Positions 1 to 8,012 of a stretch of 64,000 nucleotides of DNA are shown here, piece after piece. The notes under the pieces were generated by a model. That model was not told where the DNA came from and ran no database searches. It saw only the letters and a list, made by a program, of their open reading frames with translations. The stretch is taken from contig CAVUPH010000010.1 of the NCBI GenBank assembly GCA_963743305.1, positions 117,477 to 181,476 of the forward strand, in the 5' to 3' direction. The stretch comes from an uncultured delta proteobacterium (GTDB lineage: Bacteria > Desulfobacterota > RBG-13-43-22). The position numbers and the translations under genes were made by a program. Position 1 is the first letter of the stretch. Every line of letters begins with the position of its first letter.

Positions 1-1460
1 TTAAGCTTCTTCAGAATCCCGGCCTCCAGCCCGTCATCGGCCATCGGGATCCTAAAATCGTAGGGTTGCCGGTCTTGGGGGACCGTGATCTCCCGGCCGA
101 ACTTGTCGTTGCAGGTGAGCTCGAGGGCGCCTGGGGCTTTTTCCTGGACCGAAAAGATAAACGCCCCGCCGTCGGTGTAGCTTCCTCCCCGGGCGTTCCA
201 ATAGCGGTCAGCCACAGTTCCAAACCGGGGGTCCTCCCGGGCCAGGCTCTGGAGGGTGGCGTCAATGGCCTGTTTTTCCGAACAGATGAGCCCGATTTCC
301 ACCTCCCCTTTTTGTAGGGCAAAGACCTGGGGACGCAGCATAGCGGTGTCGGTAATCCCGATCAACTGATATTTCCGTTGGCCGGGCATGTTCCGGGCAA
401 TAATAAAGAACCAGGGACCATCCGGGGAACCATGGATCTGGGTAGCCTGGATCTGACGATAAACCTTTTGTTTTTCGGGTGACAACTGATCGAAGTCCAA
501 TTCCGTAGTGGGGGCCAGGGACTCGATAATGTATTCCAGAGGATACCCATAGACCCGGTTTAACAAATCGAAAACCTGGACCGAAACTTCGGTATCGGTC
601 AGAAACAGGGGGACCACGTTCCGCTGAAAAAGATATTCACTGACGGAATAGTAATTGGCAAAATCGCCGTTATGGACCAAGGCTTCGTCCATCCCGATAA
701 AGGGATGGGCCCCACCCGGGTGCCAGACCCTACCTTTGGTTGGATAACGCTGGTGGGCGATCCAGACATGGGCCTTAAAATCTTCCAGACGATAATACTG
801 GGTTACCTGTTCAGCGTAACCGACGATTTTCAGAATCATCATGTTCCGACCATGGGACAAGACAAAAGCCCGTTTGTCCCCCAGGGAACTGTAGTAACGC
901 TGATTAAGTTGAAAGGAGTTCTGGTAGATGAATTCCTCCTCAACTTTTCTGGCCGAAAGCTTGTCCAGACGGCGCTCTTTTTGAAAACGGGCCAGCACTT
1001 CGGGCCGGACGCGAACGAAATAGCGCTTGACCGCCGGGGGTTCCAATTCCAGACCGGGCACGTCCCGGTAGTCGTCCACGGTGGGCAGAAAAGCCTCGTG
1101 ATCCACCCGGAAGCAGGGGCGGATAAATTGTGCCTCCAATTCGGGCAGTACGGTTTTATCCAGCAGGGCAATCTGGTAAAGGAAATCCCCATCCAGGGTG
1201 CCCTGGTCCACCCCCAGCTTGGAAGCTTCCAGCCCCACGGCGGCGATACCTCCGCCTTTACCATTGCCGCGGTTGTGCATCTGCACCGAGGGTTCGAATA
1301 TATGACGGCCACTAACCGGAATGTTGCAGGCGAAACCGGTGACCCCGCATCCGCCTTCTTCGGCCTCCGGCCGACGGGGTAAACGCCGTGCCGGATCAAG
1401 TTTTTCCAATAAATGAGCCCGCGAATGAATCAGGGCCTGTGCGCTTGACTGATAGTTCAT
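1..1460 (-). CDS. Glutamate synthase amidotransferase (Ntn-GATase) subunit of split/archaeal-type GOGAT; runs off the left edge
   Basis: Not in the ORF track because it is open at the edge. Manual translation from ATG at 1460 gives MNYQSSAQ...EAEEGGCGVTGF...MHNRGNGKGGG...HGSPDGPWFFII...ITDTAMLRP...SEKQAI, the Ntn Cys-Gly-Val motif. Start and end are in the same frame. Confidence 0.85.
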   Translation of the reverse strand, partial: MNYQSSAQALIHSRAHLLEKLDPARRLPRRPEAEEGGCGVTGFACNIPVSGRHIFEPSVQMHNRGNGKGGGIAAVGLEASKLGVDQGTLDGDFLYQIALLDKTVLPELEAQFIRPCFRVDHEAFLPTVDDYRDVPGLELEPPAVKRYFVRVRPEVLARFQKERRLDKLSARKVEEEFIYQNSFQLNQRYYSSLGDKRAFVLSHGRNMMILKIVGYAEQVTQYYRLEDFKAHVWIAHQRYPTKGRVWHPGGAHPFIGMDEALVHNGDFANYYSVSEYLFQRNVVPLFLTDTEVSVQVFDLLNRVYGYPLEYIIESLAPTTELDFDQLSPEKQKVYRQIQATQIHGSPDGPWFFIIARNMPGQRKYQLIGITDTAMLRPQVFALQKGEVEIGLICSEKQAIDATLQSLAREDPRFGTVADRYWNARGGSYTDGGAFIFSVQEKAPGALELTCNDKFGREITVPQDRQPYDFRIPMADDGLEAGILKKL

Positions 1461-1484
1461 GGTCCTTCCCGATAGTTTTTAAGT

Positions 1485-2999
1485 TTAGTCGATAACTCCG
1501 GTCAGCTCTTCCGGACGAATATAATCCAAATGCACCAATAAGTCCCAGCGACCCACCAGGTCCTGGATACGGGTCAATCCCAACCGGCGGAGCAAAAAAC
1601 GCCATTGTTTCATCCAGGCGGTATAGGAATTTATAATCCGCTGGGTACCCCAATCTTGGGTGATCAGCTTGGACAATTCGGGATCGGTGGTGGCGATCCC
1701 CCGGGCGCAGCCGCGGCCGGATTCGCAGTTGTGGCAACGCAGGCATTCCAGGGACACCATGTCCAGCGTGCCCAAACAGATGCCATTGGCGCCCAGGGCG
1801 ATGATTTTGGCGGCATCGTAAGCCGTCCGGATCCCTCCGCTGGCAATGATGGTGATTTTATCCCTGATCCCTTCGTCCTTCAGGAACCGGTGAACTTTGG
1901 GCACGGCGTACTCCAGGGGCATGGCGATATTTTTCTTGGCAATGTCCGGGGCGGCGCCGGTTCCGCCATAACTGCCGTCCAACTGCAGAATATGGGCCCC
2001 GGCAAAATAGCTGCCCACGGCCACCATGTCCACGTCGTTGGGGGTAGACACTTTGACGGAAACCAAAGCTCGGGGATTGATCTCTTTGATCCAATCGATG
2101 TGCTTTTTATGGTCCTCTACCGAGTACACGCTATGAAAGGGAAAAGGAGAAAAAAGGGAACTTCCGACCACGGCCTCCCGCATCCGGGCCACCTCCGGGG
2201 TGACTTTATCCCCCAGCAGGTGGCCGCCCAACCCCGGTTTAGCGCCCTGGGCGTATTTAAACTCCACAATGCGGACCCGTTTAATGGTTTCTTCCCGAAC
2301 CCCGAAGAGCCCGGTGGCCACCTGGGTAATGACGTGATCGTCATAAGGGATTAAGTCGTCCGGGAATCCCCCTTCACCGGTACAGCAAAAGGTTCCCCAG
2401 GCGGTTGCGGCCCGAACCCGGGAAAGCATGGAATGGATGCTGACGGAGCCGAAGGACATACCGCCCAAATAAAAGGGAACGGGCAAAGCGACTTGGGGGC
2501 GCTCATCCCCGGTCCGGTTGAGCTCGATACCCAGGGAGATATCTTCCTCCGGAATCTCCCGGGGGGGAACGACGGGGAGCCGAAACCGGATTTTGTCGAA
2601 GCCGCCGCCCGAATCTCCGGTTTTATAGTTGATATCCTGATAAGGGATCTCCCCGGTTTCGGCCATGTACCAGGTGCTGGCCAATAAATCGGAAGTCCAG
2701 CGCTTATCCCCCAGAACCTCAAAAGAAGGGTTGAGATTCAGGCGAATGGCGTCCCGAGGACAGCGGGACAAACAATAGAATTCATTTTTTTGGCAGGAAG
2801 GACCCAGACAGCGATATTCCTGGGCCACCCGGGGGCGCCGGCTGCCTTTCTGATAAACGCCGTAAGGACAAAGGGTAACACAGAGACCGCAATTATCGCA
2901 GTCCGGGGTGATGGTGATCCGGTACTTGCTTAAGGCCTGTCGGAAGCGGGAAGGCGTCCGTTTTACTTCAGGGGGAATAAACGGAACGGGGGTGTTCAT
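1485..2999 (-). CDS. Glutamate synthase FMN-binding subunit with N-terminal 4Fe-4S domain
   Basis: CDNCGLCVTLCP ferredoxin motif; GGMSFGS, TGEGG, QVATGLFGV, EFKYAQGAKPGLGGHL, GGTGAA, CLRCHNCESGRGC. Confidence 0.92.
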   Translation of the reverse strand: MNTPVPFIPPEVKRTPSRFRQALSKYRITITPDCDNCGLCVTLCPYGVYQKGSRRPRVAQEYRCLGPSCQKNEFYCLSRCPRDAIRLNLNPSFEVLGDKRWTSDLLASTWYMAETGEIPYQDINYKTGDSGGGFDKIRFRLPVVPPREIPEEDISLGIELNRTGDERPQVALPVPFYLGGMSFGSVSIHSMLSRVRAATAWGTFCCTGEGGFPDDLIPYDDHVITQVATGLFGVREETIKRVRIVEFKYAQGAKPGLGGHLLGDKVTPEVARMREAVVGSSLFSPFPFHSVYSVEDHKKHIDWIKEINPRALVSVKVSTPNDVDMVAVGSYFAGAHILQLDGSYGGTGAAPDIAKKNIAMPLEYAVPKVHRFLKDEGIRDKITIIASGGIRTAYDAAKIIALGANGICLGTLDMVSLECLRCHNCESGRGCARGIATTDPELSKLITQDWGTQRIINSYTAWMKQWRFLLRRLGLTRIQDLVGRWDLLVHLDYIRPEELTGVID

Positions 3000-4384
3000 G
3001 AGGCAACTCCTTTTCCCAGGGAGGCAAAAACATCCGCCTCCAGGTCTTCAAAAAACATGGCCCGGCCCATCTCCCCCCGCAGGCGACGGGCTTCCCGAAT
3101 TCCCATGGCTCCCATGATCTCCAGCAGTTGGTTATGCCAGCCGGCCATTAAATTCCTGATCCGGGCTTCCCCCCGAGGCGGATAGATCTGATCGATAGTC
3201 ACCGGGCAGGGGATGCCGGCGGCGCAGCGACGGCAAACCCGGCATTCCAGGGCGATCAACAACGGGATGTCCACGGCCACGGCATCGGCCCCGCAGAGGA
3301 TCAGTTTGGCCAGGTGTTCCGCCATGGAGATTCCGCCCCCGGCAATGACGGTAATCTGGTCGCGGACTCCAAAGCGAACCAAGTGGAGGTGGATTTCTTT
3401 GATCCGGTCTTTGATATACCAGGGATCCTCTCCCTGTTCCCGCCCCAGTTCATTGGCTATGAAATGGAGGATTTCTATCCCGTCTTGGGCCAGTTCCAAG
3501 GCCCGTTCGCTGGAACGGGCCGAGAGGGGTAACCGGACCGCGATGACCGCTTGGGCGTTGATAGCCTTCAATTTCCGCAGGCGTTCCAGGACCCGGGGGC
3601 CGTCGGGGATTTCGATCAGACGCAATTTCTTGATCAATTCCGGGTCCACGGTTTCCACCGCCTGATTGATATAGAGCAGGACATGGTCCAGGTATTGTTT
3701 CAGGCTGGGTTCCCATTCCTGCTGGGAGATCACCGCAAAGGAGCCGATGCCCCGGGCCCCCCGAAGCAGGGTATGATTGATGCGGTCCCGGGGAGGCGAC
3801 CAGGGCAGGAGATCGAAAATAATCGGCAAGGGGATTTCCACCAGGGATTGGGTCGGTGACAGCAGGTTTCCCCGGTCATCGAACTCCAGCGACATCCATT
3901 TGCGCCCCAGATCCACTTGGGTACTGATATACTCCCGGCCGTGAATCCCGTCCCGGGTCGGCCGGACAATTTCCGACATATCCGTCCACATGGCATCAAA
4001 GCCCGGACCGGAGAAAGTCCCTCCATACCCGGCCCCGGAAACGGGGATCCTTCCGGTTTCCGCCTGAAACCATAAGGTGGAGATGATTTCGGGGGTCCAA
4101 TAGGCATCCCCCAGCTTCTTATATTCCGGGTTCAGGGATTTGTGGATCAACCGATTGGGGCAGTTCTGGACACAGCGGAAACAGTCTTTACAGAGGCTGT
4201 CCAGAGAATCCACCATCAGGCGGGCATCGAGATTTTTTTTGTCATAAACGCCGTAGACGCAATCCCGCTTCACGCAGCGAGGGCATTTGAGGCAGCCTTC
4301 TTCCCAGGCGATCACCCCGGAACGGGTGATGGTCGGGTAGCGGTTGGGGACGTTGGCCGTTTGAATATGGTACTTCGCTGGCAT
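2996..4384 (-). CDS. Second, degenerate glutamate synthase FMN-domain protein with ferredoxin domain
   Basis: CKDCFRCVQNCP, GAGYGG..SGPGFD, IAGGGI, GADAV, CRVCRRCAAGIPCP present; lacks MSFG and GAKPGxGG; 4-nt overlap with the next gene. Confidence 0.8.
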   Translation of the reverse strand: MPAKYHIQTANVPNRYPTITRSGVIAWEEGCLKCPRCVKRDCVYGVYDKKNLDARLMVDSLDSLCKDCFRCVQNCPNRLIHKSLNPEYKKLGDAYWTPEIISTLWFQAETGRIPVSGAGYGGTFSGPGFDAMWTDMSEIVRPTRDGIHGREYISTQVDLGRKWMSLEFDDRGNLLSPTQSLVEIPLPIIFDLLPWSPPRDRINHTLLRGARGIGSFAVISQQEWEPSLKQYLDHVLLYINQAVETVDPELIKKLRLIEIPDGPRVLERLRKLKAINAQAVIAVRLPLSARSSERALELAQDGIEILHFIANELGREQGEDPWYIKDRIKEIHLHLVRFGVRDQITVIAGGGISMAEHLAKLILCGADAVAVDIPLLIALECRVCRRCAAGIPCPVTIDQIYPPRGEARIRNLMAGWHNQLLEIMGAMGIREARRLRGEMGRAMFFEDLEADVFASLGKGVAS

Positions 4385-4414
4385 AACTTAATCCTTTAAA
4401 AGCGGTCTTTATTA

Positions 4415-4445
4415 TAGCCAAAAATATTGCAAATATTTTTGGCTA
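4415..4445. promoter_or_regulatory. Perfect 14-bp AT-rich inverted repeat between metF and the glutamate synthase genes (operator or hairpin)
   Basis: tagccaaaaatatt-gca-aatatttttggcta; overlaps the metF stop and a TATAAT on the minus strand. Confidence 0.55.
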
Positions 4446-5366
4446 GAGGTTCGGTCGGGGGAAAAGGCCCGCGCCTTCCACTATCGGGGGAACGACCTCC
4501 TCCCATTCAATGGCCATGATATGGACCCCGTGCACGCCCTTCATTTCTTTCAGGGCCTGGATGGTTTCGATACTTATCTTCACGCCCTCCCGACGCTGTT
4601 CCTTGGCCGGAACGGCCTTCATCCGTCGAATGACTTCCTCGGGGATATCCATTCCGGCCACCTTACTATTCATATATTCGGCCATCTTGGACGATTTCAA
4701 GGGGGTGATCCCGCCTAAAATATAGACCTCACGGTCCAGATTGCGCTCCCGCACTTTATCCATCCACTCGGAGAAGCGGGCCAGGTTATAGATGCATTGG
4801 GTTTGGATGAACTCCGCCCCGGCCTTAACCTTTTTGGCCAACCGCAGGACCCGGTACAAAAAAGGGTCGGCAAAGGGATTGGCCGCCGCTCCGATAAACA
4901 GGTCCGGGGACACGGTCAGAGGCTCTCCTCCCAGGACCTGGCCCTGGTCCCGCATCTGCCGGGCGGTGCTGATCAACTGGAGGGAGTCCAGATCGAAGAC
5001 TCCTCTGGCCTGGGGCTGATTGCCGAAGGATTGATGGTCCCCGCTCAGGCAGAGGACATTGCGAATTCCCAAGGCCGAGGCCCCCAGGAGGTCCGACTGC
5101 AGGGCGATTCGATTCCGGTCCCGGGTGACCATCTGCAGCACCGGGTCCAGCCCGGCCTGGCGAAGCAGGGTGCAGGCCGCCAGGCTGCTGAGGCGCACCA
5201 CCCCGGTTTGGTTATCGGTGACGTTGACGCTGTCCGCGTATCCGGCCAGCAGTTTTCCTTTTTTAAGGATGGCCTCGGGGTCGGCGCCTTTAGGAGGCCC
5301 GCACTCGGCGGTGACGGCGAAATGATCGGCGGCTAAGACTTTTTTTAACTGGCTTTCCGTTTTCAA
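4443..5366 (-). CDS. metF: Methylenetetrahydrofolate reductase MetF
   Basis: TAECGPPKG, NVTDNQ, RDRNRIALQSDLLGA, LSGDH, KKVKAGAEFIQTQ. Likely TTG start at 5366 overlapping the metV stop; the ORF-track start at 5651 is over-extended. Confidence 0.9.
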   Translation of the reverse strand: MKTESQLKKVLAADHFAVTAECGPPKGADPEAILKKGKLLAGYADSVNVTDNQTGVVRLSSLAACTLLRQAGLDPVLQMVTRDRNRIALQSDLLGASALGIRNVLCLSGDHQSFGNQPQARGVFDLDSLQLISTARQMRDQGQVLGGEPLTVSPDLFIGAAANPFADPFLYRVLRLAKKVKAGAEFIQTQCIYNLARFSEWMDKVRERNLDREVYILGGITPLKSSKMAEYMNSKVAGMDIPEEVIRRMKAVPAKEQRREGVKISIETIQALKEMKGVHGVHIMAIEWEEVVPPIVEGAGLFPRPNL

Positions 5367-6031
5367 TTCCTTTGGTCCTCCCTGATGATTTTTCTGGGAC
5401 CGGTTCCCTGTTGACGCGACCAGTCCGCGGGGGGGTAAACCGTTTCCAGTTGCGAAAGTCGCCCCGATTCTTCCAGGCGGTCCACAATGAGCTGCCAGGC
5501 GCAGGGGACTTCGGGGTCCACTTCGCATTGGCCGTTCTGAGAGCCCCCGCACGGTCCGTTGAATAATTGCTTGGCACAGCGGGTAATGGGGCAGATATCC
5601 CCGAAAAGATGCACCCGGCAGTGGCCGCAGCCGCGGCAATTCTCCAGCCAAAGTCCCGGCTCCTTGGTTTGTCCTAAAAAGGTGGTGTTCAGGGCCGGCA
5701 GAATAGGGATTTTGGGAAAGACTTCGGCTACGGCTTGTACCCCGGCCCCGCAGGCCAAAGACAGGACGGCCTCGTACTGATCTACCAGACCGGTCAGTTG
5801 ATCGATGAACTCATAAACGCACTGGCGTTCCAGGGTCATTTCCCTGGTTTCCAAATCCCGGTTGGTCATGCGGGCTTCCATGCGCAGGGCGGAGGCCAAC
5901 AACCCGGTTTCCCGCTCGCCGCCGGCGGCGCATTCGGCCACGCAACTGCCGCAGCCGACCACCAAGATTTTTTGGTAGGGGGAAATCATGGCCAGGATCT
6001 CTTCCATGGGTTTTCGTTCGGCGGTAATCAT
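5363..6031 (-). CDS. metV: MetV (Cys-rich MTHFR partner subunit)
   Basis: GCGSCVAEC, ERQC, ACGAGVQ, CRGCGHC, CPITRCAKQLFNGPCGGSQNGQCEVDPEVPCAW. Confidence 0.9.
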   Translation of the reverse strand: MITAERKPMEEILAMISPYQKILVVGCGSCVAECAAGGERETGLLASALRMEARMTNRDLETREMTLERQCVYEFIDQLTGLVDQYEAVLSLACGAGVQAVAEVFPKIPILPALNTTFLGQTKEPGLWLENCRGCGHCRVHLFGDICPITRCAKQLFNGPCGGSQNGQCEVDPEVPCAWQLIVDRLEESGRLSQLETVYPPADWSRQQGTGPRKIIREDQRN

Positions 6032-6069
6032 GCTCGGGCTCCAATCAAAAAGATAAAATAGTAAAAAAA

Positions 6070-6489
6070 CTACAACCGGCGCAGGAGCGAATGCCCCTTA
6101 ACCGGTATCCGGGTCAGGAGTTCCCGGGTGAGTTGATCGATGGCTTGGGGCAGGGGCGGGCGGGTCATTACCAAAACCAGTCGCTCGGGATCCATTCCGA
6201 TTTCCTGAATCAACTTTTGGGCGTATTGAATCCGCTTCCGGGCGCGGGTGTTGCCTTGCTGGTAGCGGCAGGCTTTTTCAGGGCAGGTGATCAGAAAGAC
6301 CAGATCCGCCCCCGACTCCATGGCCCGCAGGAAATGAAGCGATTCAATGCGTCCGCTGCAGGGGAGTGGGAAAAATTTGATTCGCGGGCCCAGTTCTTTT
6401 TCTATCACCCGGCGGTTAAGGTCTTGAGCCGGATCGATCTGCTGGCAGAAAAAAATATCGATTTTCATATCGGACGGATTAGTACTCAT
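6070..6489 (-). CDS. mvhD: MvhD-like [2Fe-2S] electron-transfer subunit
   Basis: FFC...LPCSGRI...GADLV..TCPEKACRYQQGNTRARKR...EIGMDPERL. Confidence 0.85.
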   Translation of the reverse strand: MSTNPSDMKIDIFFCQQIDPAQDLNRRVIEKELGPRIKFFPLPCSGRIESLHFLRAMESGADLVFLITCPEKACRYQQGNTRARKRIQYAQKLIQEIGMDPERLVLVMTRPPLPQAIDQLTRELLTRIPVKGHSLLRRL

Positions 6490-6639
6490 AAAAAATACCC
6501 ATCAAAAATTATTTATAATTAAATAGTCGCTTTATTTATTTTGATCAAAAAGGAAAACTTATAATTAATCATATTTTTTAATAAAAAGCAATAAAAAATT
6601 GTCTTTATCCTGAGGGCCAAAGGTTCAAGGCAGCTAGAG

Positions 6640-7968
6640 CTATAAAATCGGAAGATATTTTTCAAGCTCATAGCGGCTAACATGGGTCCGGTAACGATCC
6701 CACTCAATTTCTTTATTCTCGATAAATTTTTCAAAAATATGGTCTCCGAGGGCCTCCCGGACCAGGGTGCTTTTCTTCACTTCCTGAAGGGCCTCATAGA
6801 GATTTCCGGGAAGCGAGTGAATTCCTCGGGCCTCCCGTTCTTTCTGATTCATTTCATAAATATCTTCTTCAATGGGGTCCGGGATGGGGTACTTGCCCTC
6901 GATACCGGCCATTCCGGCGGCCAACTGGACGGCGAAAGAAAGATAAGGATTGCAGGCCGGATCGGGCGAGCGGAATTCAATCCGGGTGGCCTGTTCTTTG
7001 CCCGGCTTATACATGGGGACCCGGATCATGGTGGACCGGTTGCGCCGGGCCCAGGAAACGTAGACCGGGGCCTCGTAACCCGGCACCAGGCGTTTATAGG
7101 AATTGACCCATTGGTTGTTGATGGCCGTCATCTCCCGGGCATGGCGCATCAGCCCGGCGATATAGCCCTTGGCAGTCTCTGAAAGATGAAAAGGATCCCC
7201 TGGATTAAAAAAGGCATTTTTAGAGCCCAGAAACAAGGACTGATGGGTGTGCATGCCGCTGCCGTTGATCCCGAATACGGGTTTGGGCATGAAGGTGGCG
7301 TACACCCCATGGCTGCGGGCGATCTCCTTGACCACGATCCGGTAGGTCATGGTCATGTCGGCCATCTTCAGTCCTTCGGCGTAGCGGAGATCGATTTCAT
7401 GCTGGCTGGGAGCGACCTCATGGTGGCTGTACTCTACTCGGATATCCATGGACTGGAGGGCGAAAATCGTGTCTCGCCGCAGGTCACTTCCCAAGTCTAT
7501 CGGACGGGAGTCAAAGTACCCGCCCGCGTCCAGAAACCGGGGTTCCCCGTTGTCGGCGAAATAAAAATACTCCAGTTCGGGCCCCACAAAAAACGTATAG
7601 CCTTTTTCCATGGCCCGGGCCAGCAGGCGCTTAAAGGCGAAGCGGGTGTCGCCCGGATAGGGCGTGCCATCGGGCTGCAGAATATCACAGAATAGACGGG
7701 CCACCGGCCTCTCTCCCTGACGCCAGGGGACTAATTGAAAGGTGGTCGGGTCTGGTTTAGCGATCATATCGGACTCTTCGATGCGGGCAAACCCTTCGAT
7801 CGAAGAGCCGTCAAAGCCCATACCCTCGATCATCCCCTCCTCCAATTCCGAGGGGGTGACGGCAAAACTTTTCAAAAGGCCCAGGATATCGGTAAACCAG
7901 AACTGAATGAAACTGATGTTTTTGTCCCGAACCAGGCGAAGCACATCTTCGGGTGTTTGACTAAGCAT
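6640..7968 (-). CDS. glnA: Glutamine synthetase, type I-alpha (short form)
   Basis: [54 protein letters not shown]; lacks the I-beta insertion; AAGGAGG precedes ATG at 7968. Confidence 0.93.
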   Translation of the reverse strand: MLSQTPEDVLRLVRDKNISFIQFWFTDILGLLKSFAVTPSELEEGMIEGMGFDGSSIEGFARIEESDMIAKPDPTTFQLVPWRQGERPVARLFCDILQPDGTPYPGDTRFAFKRLLARAMEKGYTFFVGPELEYFYFADNGEPRFLDAGGYFDSRPIDLGSDLRRDTIFALQSMDIRVEYSHHEVAPSQHEIDLRYAEGLKMADMTMTYRIVVKEIARSHGVYATFMPKPVFGINGSGMHTHQSLFLGSKNAFFNPGDPFHLSETAKGYIAGLMRHAREMTAINNQWVNSYKRLVPGYEAPVYVSWARRNRSTMIRVPMYKPGKEQATRIEFRSPDPACNPYLSFAVQLAAGMAGIEGKYPIPDPIEEDIYEMNQKEREARGIHSLPGNLYEALQEVKKSTLVREALGDHIFEKFIENKEIEWDRYRTHVSRYELEKYLPIL

Positions 7969-8012
7969 GCGGTAGTCCTCCTTAGGCACTAAATTTTTTC
8001 CCGATAAGGAGG

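Noticed and set aside
5367-5651. N-terminal extension of MetF; similar extensions on GlnD, NifD, NifI1 and GlnK
   Set aside because: These overlap upstream genes, and downstream starts with RBS or stop-start coupling fit family lengths better.
6519-6734. 71-aa ORF between glnA and mvhD
   Set aside because: It overlaps the glnA end and runs into AT-rich intergenic DNA that is more likely a promoter region.
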